Positions 11,557 through 23,260 of a DNA stretch of 64,000 nucleotides are shown in pieces (the first letter of the stretch is position 1; the number at the start of each line of letters is the position of its first letter). Source of the stretch: Candidatus Harrysmithiimonas galli (lineage in GTDB: Bacteria > Bacillota > Bacilli > CAJFEE01); NCBI GenBank assembly GCA_904373265.1, contig CAJFEE010000004.1, forward strand, positions 33,229-97,228, written 5' to 3'. The notes beneath the pieces were generated by a model. That model was not told where the DNA came from. It made no database searches and saw only the letters and a program-made list of their open reading frames with translations. The translations under genes were made by a program, and so were the position numbers.

Positions 11557-12789
11557 TTACATGGAAGCTTTTTGATTTTTCTTTTTTGTATCTGGTGCAG
11601 TCTGCCATTTGAAAATTTTATTTAGTACTAAAAAGATAGGTTTGGATTGTTTGGTGAGCAGTGGTCCGAGAATGGCTAAAATCAGTACATAAAGTGCTGC
11701 AAACGGTTTAAGCATTTCTGTCAGTCCGCCTGCAATGCCAAGATTTGCCATAATAATTGAAAATTCACCACGTGAAACAATGGTTAATCCAATATTTGAA
11801 GAAGCTTTATACGACAAGCCGGTTTTGCGTCCAGCAATCAATCCAGCAATAAAGTTTCCGAGCAATGTTAAAATAACTGCACCGATTGCAAGCCAAACAG
11901 CACTGCTTAAAGAGAAGGGATCAATACTGAGTCCAAAACTAAAGAAGAATATGGCACCGAAAAAATCACGAAACGGAATAACGAGATGTTCGATTCGATC
12001 GCTGTGCTCAGTTTCTGAAAAGACCAGACCAAGTAAAAGGGCACCAATGGCTTCGGCAACATGAATGGTCTCTGAGAATCCGGCAACAAAAAACAATATA
12101 GCGAAAATCACAATAATAAAAATTTCGTCTGAGGTAATATTTAATAATTTGTTTAAAATTGGTGTGGCCTTTCGTGCGATAACAAAGAAAAGTAGCATAT
12201 ACCCCAACGCAATAATGACTGAAAGCAGTACATCTGTCAATGAGCCAGAGTTTCCAAGAACGATACCTGAAATAATTGAAAGATAAACTGCTAAAAATAT
12301 ATCTTCAAACATAATAATACCAAGAATCAGCTCAGTCTCTGGATTTGCTGTCCGTTTTAAATCTACAAGTACTTTCGCAACAATGGCGCTGGAAGAAATT
12401 GTAATAATACCTGCAATAACTAAAATTTCAGTAAAGGAAAATCCGGTTATCCATCCATACAATAGACCGAGTGAAAAGTTGATAAATATATATATGGTTC
12501 CACCAATTGCAATGGATTTTCCAGATTTTATCAGCTTTTTTACAGAAAATTCCAATCCAAGATAAAAAAGTAGAAAAAGTACACCGATTCTACCGAAAAA
12601 GGCGATGATTTCAGAACTGTTGATAAAGGTTAAATCAATGATGCCGATTTGGGGTGCATGGGGACCTACTGCCATACCAAGCAGAATTAAAAACGGAATA
12701 ATTGAGAATTTTAATTTTCCCGCAATTAAAACAACGATTGCAATCAACAATAATGCAGTTCCAACTTCAAATACTAAATGATCTGTCAT
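11557..12789 (-). CDS. khtU: CPA2-family K+/H+ antiporter (KhtU/YhaU-like)
   Basis: 410 aa with about 12 TM segments of the Na_H_exchanger type, immediately downstream of the KhtT-like gene. Confidence 0.8.
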   Translation of the reverse strand: MTDHLVFEVGTALLLIAIVVLIAGKLKFSIIPFLILLGMAVGPHAPQIGIIDLTFINSSEIIAFFGRIGVLFLLFYLGLEFSVKKLIKSGKSIAIGGTIYIFINFSLGLLYGWITGFSFTEILVIAGIITISSSAIVAKVLVDLKRTANPETELILGIIMFEDIFLAVYLSIISGIVLGNSGSLTDVLLSVIIALGYMLLFFVIARKATPILNKLLNITSDEIFIIVIFAILFFVAGFSETIHVAEAIGALLLGLVFSETEHSDRIEHLVIPFRDFFGAIFFFSFGLSIDPFSLSSAVWLAIGAVILTLLGNFIAGLIAGRKTGLSYKASSNIGLTIVSRGEFSIIMANLGIAGGLTEMLKPFAALYVLILAILGPLLTKQSKPIFLVLNKIFKWQTAPDTKKKNQKASM

Positions 12790-12796
12790 TTACTCA

Positions 12797-13294
12797 TCAC
12801 CTGTCCTTTTTACAAAATAAAGATTGAACCATATTTTTTACAGCTGTTCGTTCACCAGAGATGATGACTGTATCGTTAATTTCCAATTGTGTATCTGGTC
12901 CAGGTGTAGTGATTTGGGTTTGATTTTTTCGTAAAATGGCAATGATATTGACATTATATTTTTTTCGAATTTGCAGCTTACCAATGCTTTGATTTGCAGC
13001 TTCAGAGCCTTCTTCAATTTTAAACCACTCTATCAATAAATTATCAAAAGCGACTTCCACATTTTCCAAAGCTTTTGGCTTATAGGTCATGCCTCCGATA
13101 ATTGCGGCAAGCTGTCGAGCTTCGTTATCATCAAAAGAAGTGGAAGCAATGGATTCTTCATGATCATTTTCATCAAAAAAATATACTTCTCTTCGTCCGC
13201 TGTCATGAATAATAATGCTTAATTTTTCGTTTCTACATGTCAATAGCTCGAATTTTTTTCCTACACCTGGCAGTTCACTTTCTCGAATTTGCAT
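12797..13294 (-). CDS. khtT: K+/H+ antiporter regulatory subunit with RCK_C/TrkA-C domain (KhtT/YhaT-like)
   Basis: MQIRESELPGVGKKFEL...IIIHDSGRREVY...DDNEARQLAAIIGG...GERTAVKNM closely parallels B. subtilis KhtT as recalled. Confidence 0.8.
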   Translation of the reverse strand: MQIRESELPGVGKKFELLTCRNEKLSIIIHDSGRREVYFFDENDHEESIASTSFDDNEARQLAAIIGGMTYKPKALENVEVAFDNLLIEWFKIEEGSEAANQSIGKLQIRKKYNVNIIAILRKNQTQITTPGPDTQLEINDTVIISGERTAVKNMVQSLFCKKDR

Positions 13295-13545
13295 AATAAA
13301 TCCTCCTTCTTTATGATTGAAAGTATTCTATATTTATTTTAGCATACCTGAAGTATTTGTTTTATACAATGCTTATGTATATGAAAACTAGATCTTGTCT
13401 TGTAAACCAATATTTAACTGACTGTAAAAAAGAATATGCATAATGACAGATGAAAATGATGGATGCAGAAATAAATGGTAATTTGTTTGTGTTTTTTTAA
13501 AAGCTATGTTATAATGTATTCATCAGTTTAATCTGTGCTGTTGAT

Positions 13546-13620
13546 TCCACAGTAGCTCAGCGGTAGAGCAATCGGCTGTTAACCGATCGGTCGTAGGTTC
13601 GATCCCTACCTGTGGAGCCA
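13546..13620 (+). tRNA. tRNA-Asn (anticodon GTT), CCA encoded
   Basis: Manual cloverleaf: acceptor tccacag/ctgtgga, D-stem gctc/gagc, anticodon stem atcgg/ccgat with loop ctGTTaa, T-arm gtagg-ttcgatc-cctac, then discriminator g plus cca. Confidence 0.95.
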
Positions 13621-14021
13621 TTCATTTTATATAAAGATAAAGTTCTGATGGAAATAGAAAAAAAGGTAAAGCTGCTGACAGAAAGTCTATAAAAAGAACG
13701 GCTTTGCTTTTTTATTTTGGTTTATCCAAAATAAAAAGTTTTTTCGGTGTGAATTGATAGAATTGGTTTGATCTATCTGGTAGTTCACAAAAGCTGATAT
13801 TGTTTTGTTAGGCAATATCAGCTTTTTGTTGTGAAGTCAGCAAATATAAAAAATCCCATAATATTTCCGAAGTGTATCGGATGTAGCGCCCTTTTTATTG
13901 GAGTTAGAAAGGGATAGACATTAAGAAATTCTTAAGAAACTTTTCATTGTTACTTATTAGGTAAGACAAAAAATCTTTGTTATAATTGAAATAGAGATCA
14001 AGTAGAAATTTGGTGGAAAAT

Positions 14022-16094
14022 ATGACTAAAGTAAAGAAGAAGAAAAAAAAGAACCATTTACCTTTACGTTTAAATATATTATTTTTTGCAGTTTTTTTAT
14101 TGTTTTCTTTGATGATTGTCCGACTTGGGGTTGTTCAGCTTGTACATGGAGAAACCTTTCGTGAGGAAGTAGAACGAACAGAAGATATTACAATTGGTAC
14201 GATGGTGCCACGTGGAAAAATTATGGATCGCAATCAAAATGTTGTGGTGGATAATAATGCATTAAATGCGATTATTTATACCCGTTATCCGACAACGACA
14301 TCGGAACAAATTCTTGAAACAGCAACCAAGCTTTCCAAATTGATTACGATGAAAACGGATCGCATTACGGAGCGTGATCGTAAGGATTATTGGATTTTAC
14401 TACATCCAGAGGAAGCGAAAGAGAAAATTACCAAGGAAGAATGGGTACTGTTTGAAGAAGGAGAGCTTGAGGATCAAGATTTATATCGTTTGCAGTTGGA
14501 CCGCATTACAGAAGAAGAGCAGAATTCGTTTACAAAAGAAGAACTGCAAATTTTAGCCATTAAGCGAGAAATGGACAGTGGGTATGCACTTACACAAATT
14601 ATTATTAAAAGTGATGTAACAGAACGTGAATATGCCCGTGTTAGTGAAAATTTGGCTCTTTTACCAGGGGTAGATATTGCGACAGATTGGGAAAGGGGTT
14701 ATCCGTATGATGAAACTTTGCGCAGTGTACTCGGAAAGGTAACAACTAGGCAAGAGGGGTTACCAAGTGAGAAGGTAGATTATTATGTGTCTCGAGGTTA
14801 CAGCAGAAACGACCGTGTTGGAAAGAGTTATATTGAAATGCAGTATGAGGATGTATTGTTTGGCAAAAAGGGACAGATTCAAAATATTACTGATAAGGCA
14901 GGGAATGTACTATCTTCTACAATCATTTCCGAAGGAGAAGCTGGTAAAGATTTAATTCTTAGTTTAGATATCAATCTACAAATTGAAGTTGAAAAAATTA
15001 TTGAAGAAGAACTAGCTGCTGCTAAAGGACGTGCAGGCAACCATATGCTTGATCGAGCTTTTGTTGTTATGATGAATCCGAAAACTGGAGAGGTGCTTTC
15101 ACTTGCTGGAAAGCAGTATACAAAAGAAAATGGAAAAACAGTGATGAAAGACTTTGCCTTAGGAACGATTACAACATCTTATCCGATGGGTTCAGCTGTA
15201 AAAGGCGCAACTTTGCTGACCGGTTATGAAACGGGTGCGATTCAGCCAAACACCGTTTTTTATGATGCGCCACTTGTCATTAAGGGCACGCCGCCAAAGG
15301 CTTCCTATCGAAATATGGGAAATGTTAATGATTTGACAGCACTACGTTTGTCATCCAATGTGTATATGTTCCATACAGTGATTAAGATTGGAAAAGGACA
15401 GTATATTCCAAATGGTCCGCTTTCATTGTCTGCAGATGTGTTTGATACGCTTCGATATTATTTTTCTCAATTTGGATTAGGTGTGAAAACAGGTATTGAT
15501 TTACCAAATGAATCAATTGGTTTTAAAAATACAACAGAAACCAGCCCAGGTCTTGCATTGGATATGGGTATTGGACAGTATGATAATTATACGCCTTTAC
15601 AATTGGCACAATATGTCTCAACGATTGCAAACGACGGATATCGAATGCAGCCGCAAATTTTAAAGGAAATTCATGATCCGGAAAAAAGTGGTGAGGGAAC
15701 AACCGGGAAAATGATTTATTCTTCAGAGCCGAAAGTATTGAATCGTATCGATATGAAGAAAGAATACATTGACCGTGTGAAAGAAGGTTTCCGTCAAGCT
15801 TTTCAGGAAAGTGGTGGAACCGCATATAGCCATTTTAATTTAGCGAGCGCACCGTACTCAGCAGCCGGAAAAACGGGTACAGCTGAAACACTTTATTATG
15901 GACCAAATGAATCCTATCGAGGTTCAGATACATATAATTTGACCTTGGTTGGTTATGCGCCACATGATGATCCAGAGGTTTCCTTTTCCATTGTAGTACC
16001 GTGGGTAAATGATTCTGACCAAATTAATAAAAATATAGGCAAGCGGATTATGGATGCTTATTTTGAATTAAAAGAAAAAGGCAGCAAAAGCTGA
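14022..16094 (+). CDS. Class B penicillin-binding protein (transpeptidase, PbpA/PBP2a-like)
   Basis: N-terminal TM anchor. Motifs: SxxK (GSAVKG), SxN (LSSNVY), KTG (GKTGTAE). Lies upstream of the pst operon, as pbpA does in B. subtilis. Confidence 0.85.
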   Translation: MTKVKKKKKKNHLPLRLNILFFAVFLLFSLMIVRLGVVQLVHGETFREEVERTEDITIGTMVPRGKIMDRNQNVVVDNNALNAIIYTRYPTTTSEQILETATKLSKLITMKTDRITERDRKDYWILLHPEEAKEKITKEEWVLFEEGELEDQDLYRLQLDRITEEEQNSFTKEELQILAIKREMDSGYALTQIIIKSDVTEREYARVSENLALLPGVDIATDWERGYPYDETLRSVLGKVTTRQEGLPSEKVDYYVSRGYSRNDRVGKSYIEMQYEDVLFGKKGQIQNITDKAGNVLSSTIISEGEAGKDLILSLDINLQIEVEKIIEEELAAAKGRAGNHMLDRAFVVMMNPKTGEVLSLAGKQYTKENGKTVMKDFALGTITTSYPMGSAVKGATLLTGYETGAIQPNTVFYDAPLVIKGTPPKASYRNMGNVNDLTALRLSSNVYMFHTVIKIGKGQYIPNGPLSLSADVFDTLRYYFSQFGLGVKTGIDLPNESIGFKNTTETSPGLALDMGIGQYDNYTPLQLAQYVSTIANDGYRMQPQILKEIHDPEKSGEGTTGKMIYSSEPKVLNRIDMKKEYIDRVKEGFRQAFQESGGTAYSHFNLASAPYSAAGKTGTAETLYYGPNESYRGSDTYNLTLVGYAPHDDPEVSFSIVVPWVNDSDQINKNIGKRIMDAYFELKEKGSKS

Positions 16095-16182
16095 GAATAC
16101 AGATACAGGTACAACTAATACAGATATAAGAGAATAATTTGTAAAGGGAATATGAATAAATTCTAGCCTTTTAAAAATTGAT

Positions 16183-16221
16183 TTTACACTTTATTTACAC
16201 TCAGGTTATATGACCGATACA
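16183..16221 (+). promoter_or_regulatory. Putative PhoP-binding site (four Pho-box hexamers) upstream of pstS
   Basis: TTTACA-5-TTTACA-5-GTTATA-5-GATACA fits the TT(A/T/C)ACA direct repeats with 11-bp periodicity. It lies about 65-100 nt upstream of the pstS ATG. Confidence 0.55.
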
Positions 16222-16285
16222 GTTGGTTATTATAATAGCGAATGTAAATGAAAAATAAAATAAATTTTTAGGAGGCTTTATTTTT

Positions 16286-17245
16286 ATGTTGAAAAAGAAA
16301 ATTTTCGGATTCGTAGCAGTCGGAATGCTCGGTGTGTTTTTGAGTGCATGTGGAGGAGAAAATCAGACAAATGGACAGTCTGTTTCTACCGGAGGCAACA
16401 CAGAAGGTACAGAATTGTCCGGTCAGGTCTCCATTGACGGATCCACAACAGTTTTTCCAATTATGGAAGCTGTATCAGAAGAATTTAAAGCCGTATATCC
16501 GAATGTGAAGGCGCCAATTGGAACATCTGGTACTGGTGGTGGATTTAAGCTTTTTACTGCAGGCTCAACTGATTTAAGCAATGCGTCTCGTCTGATCAAG
16601 GATGAAGAAAAAGCATTGGCTGAACAAAATGGCATTGCATATGAAGTGTTTGAAATGGCATATGATGGAATTACTGTGGTTGTCAATAAGCAAAATACAT
16701 GGGCAACTGATTTAACTGTTGAAGATTTAAAGAAATTGTTTATTGAAGACGGAACAACAAAAAAGTGGTCGGATATCAATCCACAATGGCCAAATGAAGA
16801 GGTGAAATTTTTCACACCAGGTGTAGATTCGGGTACACATGATTATTTTAATGAGGTAATTTTAGAAGATGCAGAGCTTGTGAAAACTGCTCAGCTTTCC
16901 GCAGATCCGAATGTGATTGCAACCGGAGTTGCTGGAGAGAAAAATGCAATTGGCTTCTTTGGATATTCTTATTTTGAAGAAAATGCGGATTTATTAAATG
17001 CCGTGCGTGTGAATGGTATTGCGCCAAGCAATGAAACAATTGAAAACGGTACTTATACTCCACTTTCACGTTCCTTGTATGTGTATGTCAACAAAGCTTC
17101 TGTTCAAGAAAAACCACAGGTTTATGAATATATGAAATTTGCGCTTGAAAATGCAGGAGACTTAGCTGAGGAAACTGGATATGTCCGCATGCTACAGGAA
17201 AAATATGATGAGCAGTTGACAAAATTAGAAAATTTAAAATCATAA
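16286..17245 (+). CDS. pstS: Phosphate ABC transporter substrate-binding lipoprotein PstS
   Basis: Lipobox LSAC, then GSTTVFPI...GTSGTGGGF, typical of PstS/PBP-like 2. RBS is AGGAGG. Confidence 0.9.
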   Translation: MLKKKIFGFVAVGMLGVFLSACGGENQTNGQSVSTGGNTEGTELSGQVSIDGSTTVFPIMEAVSEEFKAVYPNVKAPIGTSGTGGGFKLFTAGSTDLSNASRLIKDEEKALAEQNGIAYEVFEMAYDGITVVVNKQNTWATDLTVEDLKKLFIEDGTTKKWSDINPQWPNEEVKFFTPGVDSGTHDYFNEVILEDAELVKTAQLSADPNVIATGVAGEKNAIGFFGYSYFEENADLLNAVRVNGIAPSNETIENGTYTPLSRSLYVYVNKASVQEKPQVYEYMKFALENAGDLAEETGYVRMLQEKYDEQLTKLENLKS

Positions 17246-17406
17246 TATATAAAATAGACCGGGATGGCAAAAGAAAATATTTTCCCTTCATTCCGGTCTG
17301 TTGTTGTGATGAATAAAAAATACTTCTATAAAGTACAAGTTTATAATAATGTATAAAAAGAAGAATGAAAGATGATTTCAGTCAGAATGGAAAAGAGGTT
17401 TGAACA

Positions 17407-18339
17407 TTGGGAGAGCGTCAATATAAATCGGAAATTCGTGCACATTTGGCATCGAAAAAAAAAGGAAAATGGTTTGAACGGTCAATTTCTCCACTTTTAA
17501 CAGTATTGGCATCGATTTCAGTTCTTACCACCATAGGGATCGTATTTACATTATTAAAAGAGGCGTATCATTTTTTTCAAGAAACCTCAGTGTGGGATTT
17601 TATAACTGGAATCGAATGGACGCCATTTTTTGCATCTGATCCAAAGTATGGGATTTGGGCGTTGGTATCAGGAACGTTTACAATAACAGTGATTGCGATC
17701 TTGTTTGCTGCGCCAATTGGTTTGGCGATTGCCATTTATTTAAGTGAGTATGCAAGTGACAAAGTGCGTCGAATTTTAAAACCGATTTTAGAAATTTTGG
17801 CAGGAATTCCGACAATTGTTTATGGTTACTTTGCATTAACTTTTGTCACACCATTATTGCAGGAAGTTTTTCCAGAGCTGTCACGCTTTAATGCATTAAG
17901 CCCCGGATTGGTACTTGGTGTGATGATTATTCCTTCTATTGCTTCATTGTCTGAGGATGCAATGACAGCAGTTCCACAAGCGATTCGTCAAGGTGCATAT
18001 GCGCTTGGTGCAACAAGGTTGGAAGCAGCCATCCAGGTCGTTTTACCAGCTGCTTTATCTGGTATTGTGGCGTCTATGGTGTTGGCTGTATCTCGAGCAA
18101 TTGGTGAAACTATGATTGTAACGGTTGCGGGTGGTTCATCACCGAATTTTGGTTTTCATCCAATGGAATCCGTGCAAACGATGACAGCTTATATTGTTCA
18201 AGTGAGTACGGGTGATGCTGGATATGGAAGTACATTGTATTACAGCATTTATGCCGTTGGATTTATGTTATTCCTCTTTACCTTTGTAATGAACATTTTT
18301 TCTCGTTATATTTCGAGAAAGTTTAGAGAGGAGTATTAA
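17407..18339 (+). CDS. pstC: Phosphate ABC transporter permease PstC
   Basis: 6-TM BPD-type permease with an EAA-like loop (SLSEDAMTAVPQAIRQGAYALGAT). TTG start. Confidence 0.9.
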   Translation: MGERQYKSEIRAHLASKKKGKWFERSISPLLTVLASISVLTTIGIVFTLLKEAYHFFQETSVWDFITGIEWTPFFASDPKYGIWALVSGTFTITVIAILFAAPIGLAIAIYLSEYASDKVRRILKPILEILAGIPTIVYGYFALTFVTPLLQEVFPELSRFNALSPGLVLGVMIIPSIASLSEDAMTAVPQAIRQGAYALGATRLEAAIQVVLPAALSGIVASMVLAVSRAIGETMIVTVAGGSSPNFGFHPMESVQTMTAYIVQVSTGDAGYGSTLYYSIYAVGFMLFLFTFVMNIFSRYISRKFREEY

Positions 18340-18342
18340 TTG

Positions 18343-19224
18343 ATGAAACAGATGAATCGGGAAGTTGTAACAAATAAAATGAATCGGCGTTTGAAAATGA
18401 ATACATTGGCAAAGTGGATTTTTTTTGGAATTACATTGCTGATTTTATGTATATTGGTCATATTGCTGGTTCGAATTTTTTCTCAAGGAATGGCGTATTT
18501 TGATTGGCATTTTTTAACAAATTTTGCTTCTAGGCGTGCGGAAAATGCTGGAATTTTAGGTCCACTTGTTGGTTCATTAATGCTGATGGTAGTTGTGATA
18601 CCGATAGCGTTGATTCTAGGAATCGGAACTGCCATTTATTTAGAAGAATATGCAAAAAAAAATTGGTTTACCCATTTTATTGAAACCAATATTCAAAATT
18701 TAGCTGGAGTCCCTTCAATTGTTTTCGGTCTTTTAGGATTGACGATTTTTGTCAATGTATTTGGGATGGGACCGAGTATTTTGGCAGGTGGACTGACCTT
18801 GGCATTACTTGTATTGCCAATTATTGTTGTAACAGCACAAGAGGCGATACGTGCAGTTCCGAATCATTTGGCACATGCTTCACTTGGTTTGGGTGCAACA
18901 AAATGGCAAACGATTCAAAAGGTTATTTTACCATCTGCACTACCTGGAATTTTGACCGGGAGCATTTTGGCATTGTCACGTGCCATTGGTGAAACTGCAC
19001 CGTTGATTGTTGTAGGAGCATTGGTTTTTGTAAATTATCTTCCATCTGGATTTATGGATGGTTTTGCTGCAATTCCGATTCAAATTTACAATTGGACCAT
19101 TCGTCCGCAAGAAGAGTTTCAACAATTGGCAGCAGCAGGCATTATCTTGATGCTTATCTTGTTGATCGTGCTAAACGCAACAGCCGTTTGGCTACGTAAT
19201 AAATTGAATCGAAAGCAGCAATAA
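18343..19224 (+). CDS. pstA: Phosphate ABC transporter permease PstA
   Basis: Permease with [25 protein letters not shown]. Abuts pstC. Confidence 0.9.
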   Translation: MKQMNREVVTNKMNRRLKMNTLAKWIFFGITLLILCILVILLVRIFSQGMAYFDWHFLTNFASRRAENAGILGPLVGSLMLMVVVIPIALILGIGTAIYLEEYAKKNWFTHFIETNIQNLAGVPSIVFGLLGLTIFVNVFGMGPSILAGGLTLALLVLPIIVVTAQEAIRAVPNHLAHASLGLGATKWQTIQKVILPSALPGILTGSILALSRAIGETAPLIVVGALVFVNYLPSGFMDGFAAIPIQIYNWTIRPQEEFQQLAAAGIILMLILLIVLNATAVWLRNKLNRKQQ

Positions 19225-19258
19225 AATAAAAAGAGAAAATGAAACAGGAGAGTTGCAT

Positions 19259-20092
19259 ATGCAAGCAGTTCAAGTGAAAATCAATCAGAAAATGGCATTT
19301 GAAAATACAACGGATTCAGGAAATGAAACAAAGGCAGCCCGAATTGTATTTCATACAAAGGATTTGAATCTATGGTATGGTGCGGATCATGCGTTGAAAA
19401 ATTTAAATTTAAATATATATGAGAATGAGGTTACAGCCATTATTGGTCCATCTGGATGTGGAAAGTCTACTTATTTAAAAACATTAAATCGAATGAATGA
19501 TTTAATTTCTTCTGTTCGCATTACAGGAGATGTCCATTATCGTGGGCGTAATATTTTTGATCCAACTTATCATGTGGAGGAGTTGCGCACCAGTGTCGGG
19601 ATGGTCTTTCAAAAGCCCAATCCATTTCCCAAATCCATCTATGAAAATATTGTATATGGTCCAAAGCTGCATGGTATAAAAAATAAAAAGATTTTGGATG
19701 AAATCGTTGAGCGTTCTTTACGAGGTGCAGCATTGTTTGATGAAGTGAAGGACCGTTTAAAAGAAAATGCATATGGCTTATCAGGTGGTCAACAGCAGAG
19801 ACTTTGTATTGCACGTGCACTGGCTATAGAGCCAGACGTTATTTTAATGGATGAGCCAACTTCTGCATTGGATCCGATTTCAACCTTGAAAATTGAAGAG
19901 TTGATGCAATCTCTAAAGCAGGAATATAGCATTGTGATTGTGACACACAATATGCAGCAGGCGGCGCGTATTTCAGATCGTACAGCATTTTTTTTGAATG
20001 GGGAATGTATTGAATATGATGTAACGGATACGATTTTTTATCGTCCGTCAAATCAAAAAACAGAAGAATACATTACAGGCAGATTTGGATAA
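19259..20092 (+). CDS. pstB: Phosphate ABC transporter ATP-binding protein PstB
   Basis: Walker [10 protein letters not shown], signature LSGGQQQR, Walker [12 protein letters not shown]. Start at ATG 19259 after AGGAGA. Confidence 0.9.
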   Translation: MQAVQVKINQKMAFENTTDSGNETKAARIVFHTKDLNLWYGADHALKNLNLNIYENEVTAIIGPSGCGKSTYLKTLNRMNDLISSVRITGDVHYRGRNIFDPTYHVEELRTSVGMVFQKPNPFPKSIYENIVYGPKLHGIKNKKILDEIVERSLRGAALFDEVKDRLKENAYGLSGGQQQRLCIARALAIEPDVILMDEPTSALDPISTLKIEELMQSLKQEYSIVIVTHNMQQAARISDRTAFFLNGECIEYDVTDTIFYRPSNQKTEEYITGRFG

Positions 20093-20107
20093 TTTGGGAG
20101 GGAAATT

Positions 20108-20767
20108 ATGGTCATTCGTGAAAAGTTTGAAGAAGATATGCAAAATTTAAAAAAAAGACTACATGGAATTGGAAAAATAACGATTGAAATGATGGAGAAA
20201 TCTTTTGTCTGTATACAAACCCATGACAAAGTTCATAGTCAAGAAATTATTGATATGGATATGATTATTAATGATCTTCAAGAAAAAATTTATGATAACG
20301 GAATTATTTTATTGACAAAGCAGCAGCCAGTTGCTATTGATTTGCGTCGAATCATTGTTGCTATGAACAATGCTTCTGAGATTGAACGTATCGCCGATTT
20401 TGCGACCAATATTTGTAAGTCTGTCATTCGTTCAACAGGTCCACTTTCATTTGTTGATCTGAATGATGTTCAGTTGATGATACAAAAATGTCGGGAGATG
20501 GTTCTGGCTGCATTGGCTTCTTATGAGCAAGAGAATGAGGATTTGGCAACAGAAGTCATTGCATTGGATGAGGAGGTCAATCAACTGGAAGTGCAGCTTA
20601 TTTCGCAGCTTGTGAAGACATATGGAAATCCAGAAGTTGAGCCTTTTGATTTGGTGCAGATGATTTTAATGATTCGTTATATTGAACGTATGGGAGATCA
20701 TGCAACCAATATTGCAGAAAATACGTTTTATTTGATTAAAGGTGTTCATTTTCAAAGAAAATCATAA
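20108..20767 (+). CDS. phoU: Phosphate signalling/transport regulator PhoU
   Basis: 219 aa with two PhoU repeats carrying ERIADFATNI and ERMGDHATNIAE. Confidence 0.9.
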   Translation: MVIREKFEEDMQNLKKRLHGIGKITIEMMEKSFVCIQTHDKVHSQEIIDMDMIINDLQEKIYDNGIILLTKQQPVAIDLRRIIVAMNNASEIERIADFATNICKSVIRSTGPLSFVDLNDVQLMIQKCREMVLAALASYEQENEDLATEVIALDEEVNQLEVQLISQLVKTYGNPEVEPFDLVQMILMIRYIERMGDHATNIAENTFYLIKGVHFQRKS

Positions 20768-20868
20768 AAATTCAGGAAAGAAATCTATAAAATGACTGGA
20801 AAAAATCGTGATTTAATGCTATCATGTTTAAGTCTGAATAATTTCCAACAGAAATGGAGGGAAAGGCT

Positions 20869-21018
20869 ATGCGCGTAAATATTACATTGGCGTGTACAGA
20901 ATGTGGAGACCGCAATTATATTTCTAAGAAAAATAAACGGAATAATCCAGATCGTTTAGAATTGAAAAAATATTGTCCACGTGAAAAGAGAATGACTCTT
21001 CATAAAGAAACAAAATAA
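20869..21018 (+). CDS. rpmG: 50S ribosomal protein L33
   Basis: Not in the ORF track because it is only 49 aa. Hand translation: [52 protein letters not shown] is GGAGGGAAAGG. Confidence 0.9.
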   Translation: MRVNITLACTECGDRNYISKKNKRNNPDRLELKKYCPREKRMTLHKETK

Positions 21019-21028
21019 TTTGAAAAAA

Positions 21029-21072
21029 ATAGGTGTATAAGTAGTGAAAGCTGCTTGTACACCTATTTTTTT
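21029..21072 (+). terminator. Rho-independent terminator of rpmG
   Basis: 13-bp stem ataggtgtataag / cttgtacacctat (one G-U pair), followed by a T7 run. Confidence 0.8.
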
Positions 21073-21465
21073 ATATTTTTCATTTGTTTTATACAGTTAC
21101 TATACAACAATAAAAGTGATGGAATTGGGGCACGGAGTTTAGGACATGGATTGTTTTAATGGTTGAAAGAAAGAAGTGTCAGTAAAGCCACTAAAATCCA
21201 TTTTTACTCTGTATATGATTTTATGAAAGAATAGAAACTAGAAAAAAATCAAAAATGGACTTTTTGATATCTTTTTGATATTTGGTTTGCCTTCTTTAAG
21301 CGAGCTAAATATGAGTTTTGTGTAGTATTTTTTCCTATAGGTATTTGTTTTACGAAAGCTTCAGAAAAATGGATTTAGCTGGATTCCTTGACAAAAATAT
21401 TTTGGTTTTGTTTCATGTTATAGTACATAGATACAAAATGTGTTTGAAGATGGAGGAACCAAAAA

Positions 21466-22017
21466 ATGAACAAGAAAAAACAAAGAAAAGCACTAAAGGA
21501 ACAATTAAAAAATTTTACAGGGATGATACGTCTATGTGCAGAAGAAAAAATTTATCATCAACTATTTATGCATCCATTTTGGAAAGAGGCAAGAATCATC
21601 TTAACAACAATGGCTATGCCATTTGAAATTCAAACAAAACCGATTATTGAACAAGCATGGAAGGAAAACAAAACTGTTGCCATTCCTCGAACCCATTATG
21701 AAACAAAATCATTGTTTTTTTATGAGTTGACAGACTATCAGCAGCTGGTCAAAGGTACAATGAATATTTTAGAACCATCTTCTACTTGTCGGAAAATTTC
21801 CATGGATACAGATACATTATGTATTGTCCCAGGACTCGGATTTCATCAAGAAAAATACCGCATTGGATTCGGTGGTGGATTTTATGACCGGTTTTTATCG
21901 AATTTTCCAGGACATACCATTTCATTGGCTTTTCATTTTCAATATCCATGTATTTTTTTACCAGATCCTTATGATGTTCCAGTTCAAGCAATTATTACCG
22001 ATTGTTTGTCTGTATAG
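21466..22017 (+). CDS. 5-formyltetrahydrofolate cyclo-ligase (YqgN-like)
   Basis: 183 aa, with ...VAIPR...LCIVPGLGFHQEKYRIGFGGGFYDRFL typical of the 5-FTHF cyclo-ligase family. Confidence 0.8.
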   Translation: MNKKKQRKALKEQLKNFTGMIRLCAEEKIYHQLFMHPFWKEARIILTTMAMPFEIQTKPIIEQAWKENKTVAIPRTHYETKSLFFYELTDYQQLVKGTMNILEPSSTCRKISMDTDTLCIVPGLGFHQEKYRIGFGGGFYDRFLSNFPGHTISLAFHFQYPCIFLPDPYDVPVQAIITDCLSV

Positions 22018-22076
22018 CACAGATTTTTTGTCAAATCCTAAAGAATAAAATGGGTTCTTTTTAAGGAGGAAAATAT

Positions 22077-23021
22077 GTGAAAAAGGAAACAAATCGTGTA
22101 GTTTTAATCGGAACTGGATTTGTTGGTGCTTCTTATGCATTTGCCCTACTGAATCAAAGTATTGCAGATGAGCTTGTATTGCTTGATGTAAACATGCATA
22201 AAGCAAGAGGAGAGGCGATGGACTTAAATCATGGTTTACCGTATACAGTATCACCAACAAAAATTTGGGCTGGAACTTATGCGGACTGTCAAAATGCGGA
22301 TGTAATTGTGATTACAGCTGGAGTTAATCAAAAACCAGGAGAAACTCGTTTGGATTTGATTGAAAAAAATGAAGAAATCTTTCGTGAAATTATGCATAAC
22401 ATTGTGAGTAATGAATTTGGTGGTGTGCTTGTTGTTGCGACAAATCCGGTTGATATTATGACTTATATCGCATGGAAATATTCCAATTTACCAAAGCAAC
22501 GAGTAATTGGATCTGGAACAACTTTGGATACAGCACGTTTACGATATATGCTTGGAGAATATTTTGCAGTGGACTCCAGAAATGTGCATGCCTATATTAT
22601 TGGTGAGCATGGGGACACGGAGCTTCCAGTATGGTCACATGCAACAATTGGTGCAAGACCGATTTTATCATGGATAAAGCAAAATCCAGCTGCATCAGAA
22701 CATGATTTGGATCGTATTTTTGAAAGCGTTCGTGATGCAGCATATGAAATGATTGCATGTAAATCTGCAACATATTATGGGATAGCCATGAGCTTAGCTC
22801 GTTTAACAAAGGCTATACTTAACAATGAAAATGCAGTGTTTACTGTATCGGTTTATTTGGACGGAATGTACAGCCAAAAAGATATTTATATCGGTGTGCC
22901 AGCGATCGTCAATCGATCAGGAATTCGTGAGTTAATTCCATTAGATTTGAATGTAAAAGAACAAAAAATGTTTACACACTCTGCTCAGGTGTTAAGGCAA
23001 GCAATGCAACATATCATTTGA
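22077..23021 (+). CDS. ldh: L-lactate dehydrogenase
   Basis: GTG start after AAGGAGG. Rossmann motif [15 protein letters not shown], substrate/catalytic region [13 protein letters not shown], and DTARLRY. Confidence 0.9.
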   Translation: MKKETNRVVLIGTGFVGASYAFALLNQSIADELVLLDVNMHKARGEAMDLNHGLPYTVSPTKIWAGTYADCQNADVIVITAGVNQKPGETRLDLIEKNEEIFREIMHNIVSNEFGGVLVVATNPVDIMTYIAWKYSNLPKQRVIGSGTTLDTARLRYMLGEYFAVDSRNVHAYIIGEHGDTELPVWSHATIGARPILSWIKQNPAASEHDLDRIFESVRDAAYEMIACKSATYYGIAMSLARLTKAILNNENAVFTVSVYLDGMYSQKDIYIGVPAIVNRSGIRELIPLDLNVKEQKMFTHSAQVLRQAMQHII

Positions 23022-23075
23022 TAAACTTTTTGGTTTTGATTCAGTCAGGCATGAAGATTATTAATGAATAGATAT

Positions 23076-23113
23076 AAAAGGCTCGGATACATAAAAAGTT
23101 TCCGAGCTTTTTA
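23076..23113 (+). terminator. Rho-independent terminator of ldh
   Basis: Hairpin gctcgga...tccgagc, followed by a T run. Confidence 0.7.
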
Positions 23114-23260
23114 TGATAGGACTGTATTTCCAGTGATTATATTTTAGATTTAAATAAATTAATAATGATTTATAGAATAGAAATGAAAAGGAAAATTTTG
23201 TTTGATGAATATTTTAGAGGAGCCGATTTACCGAGCAAATTCTTTCGTTCTTTTATGAAT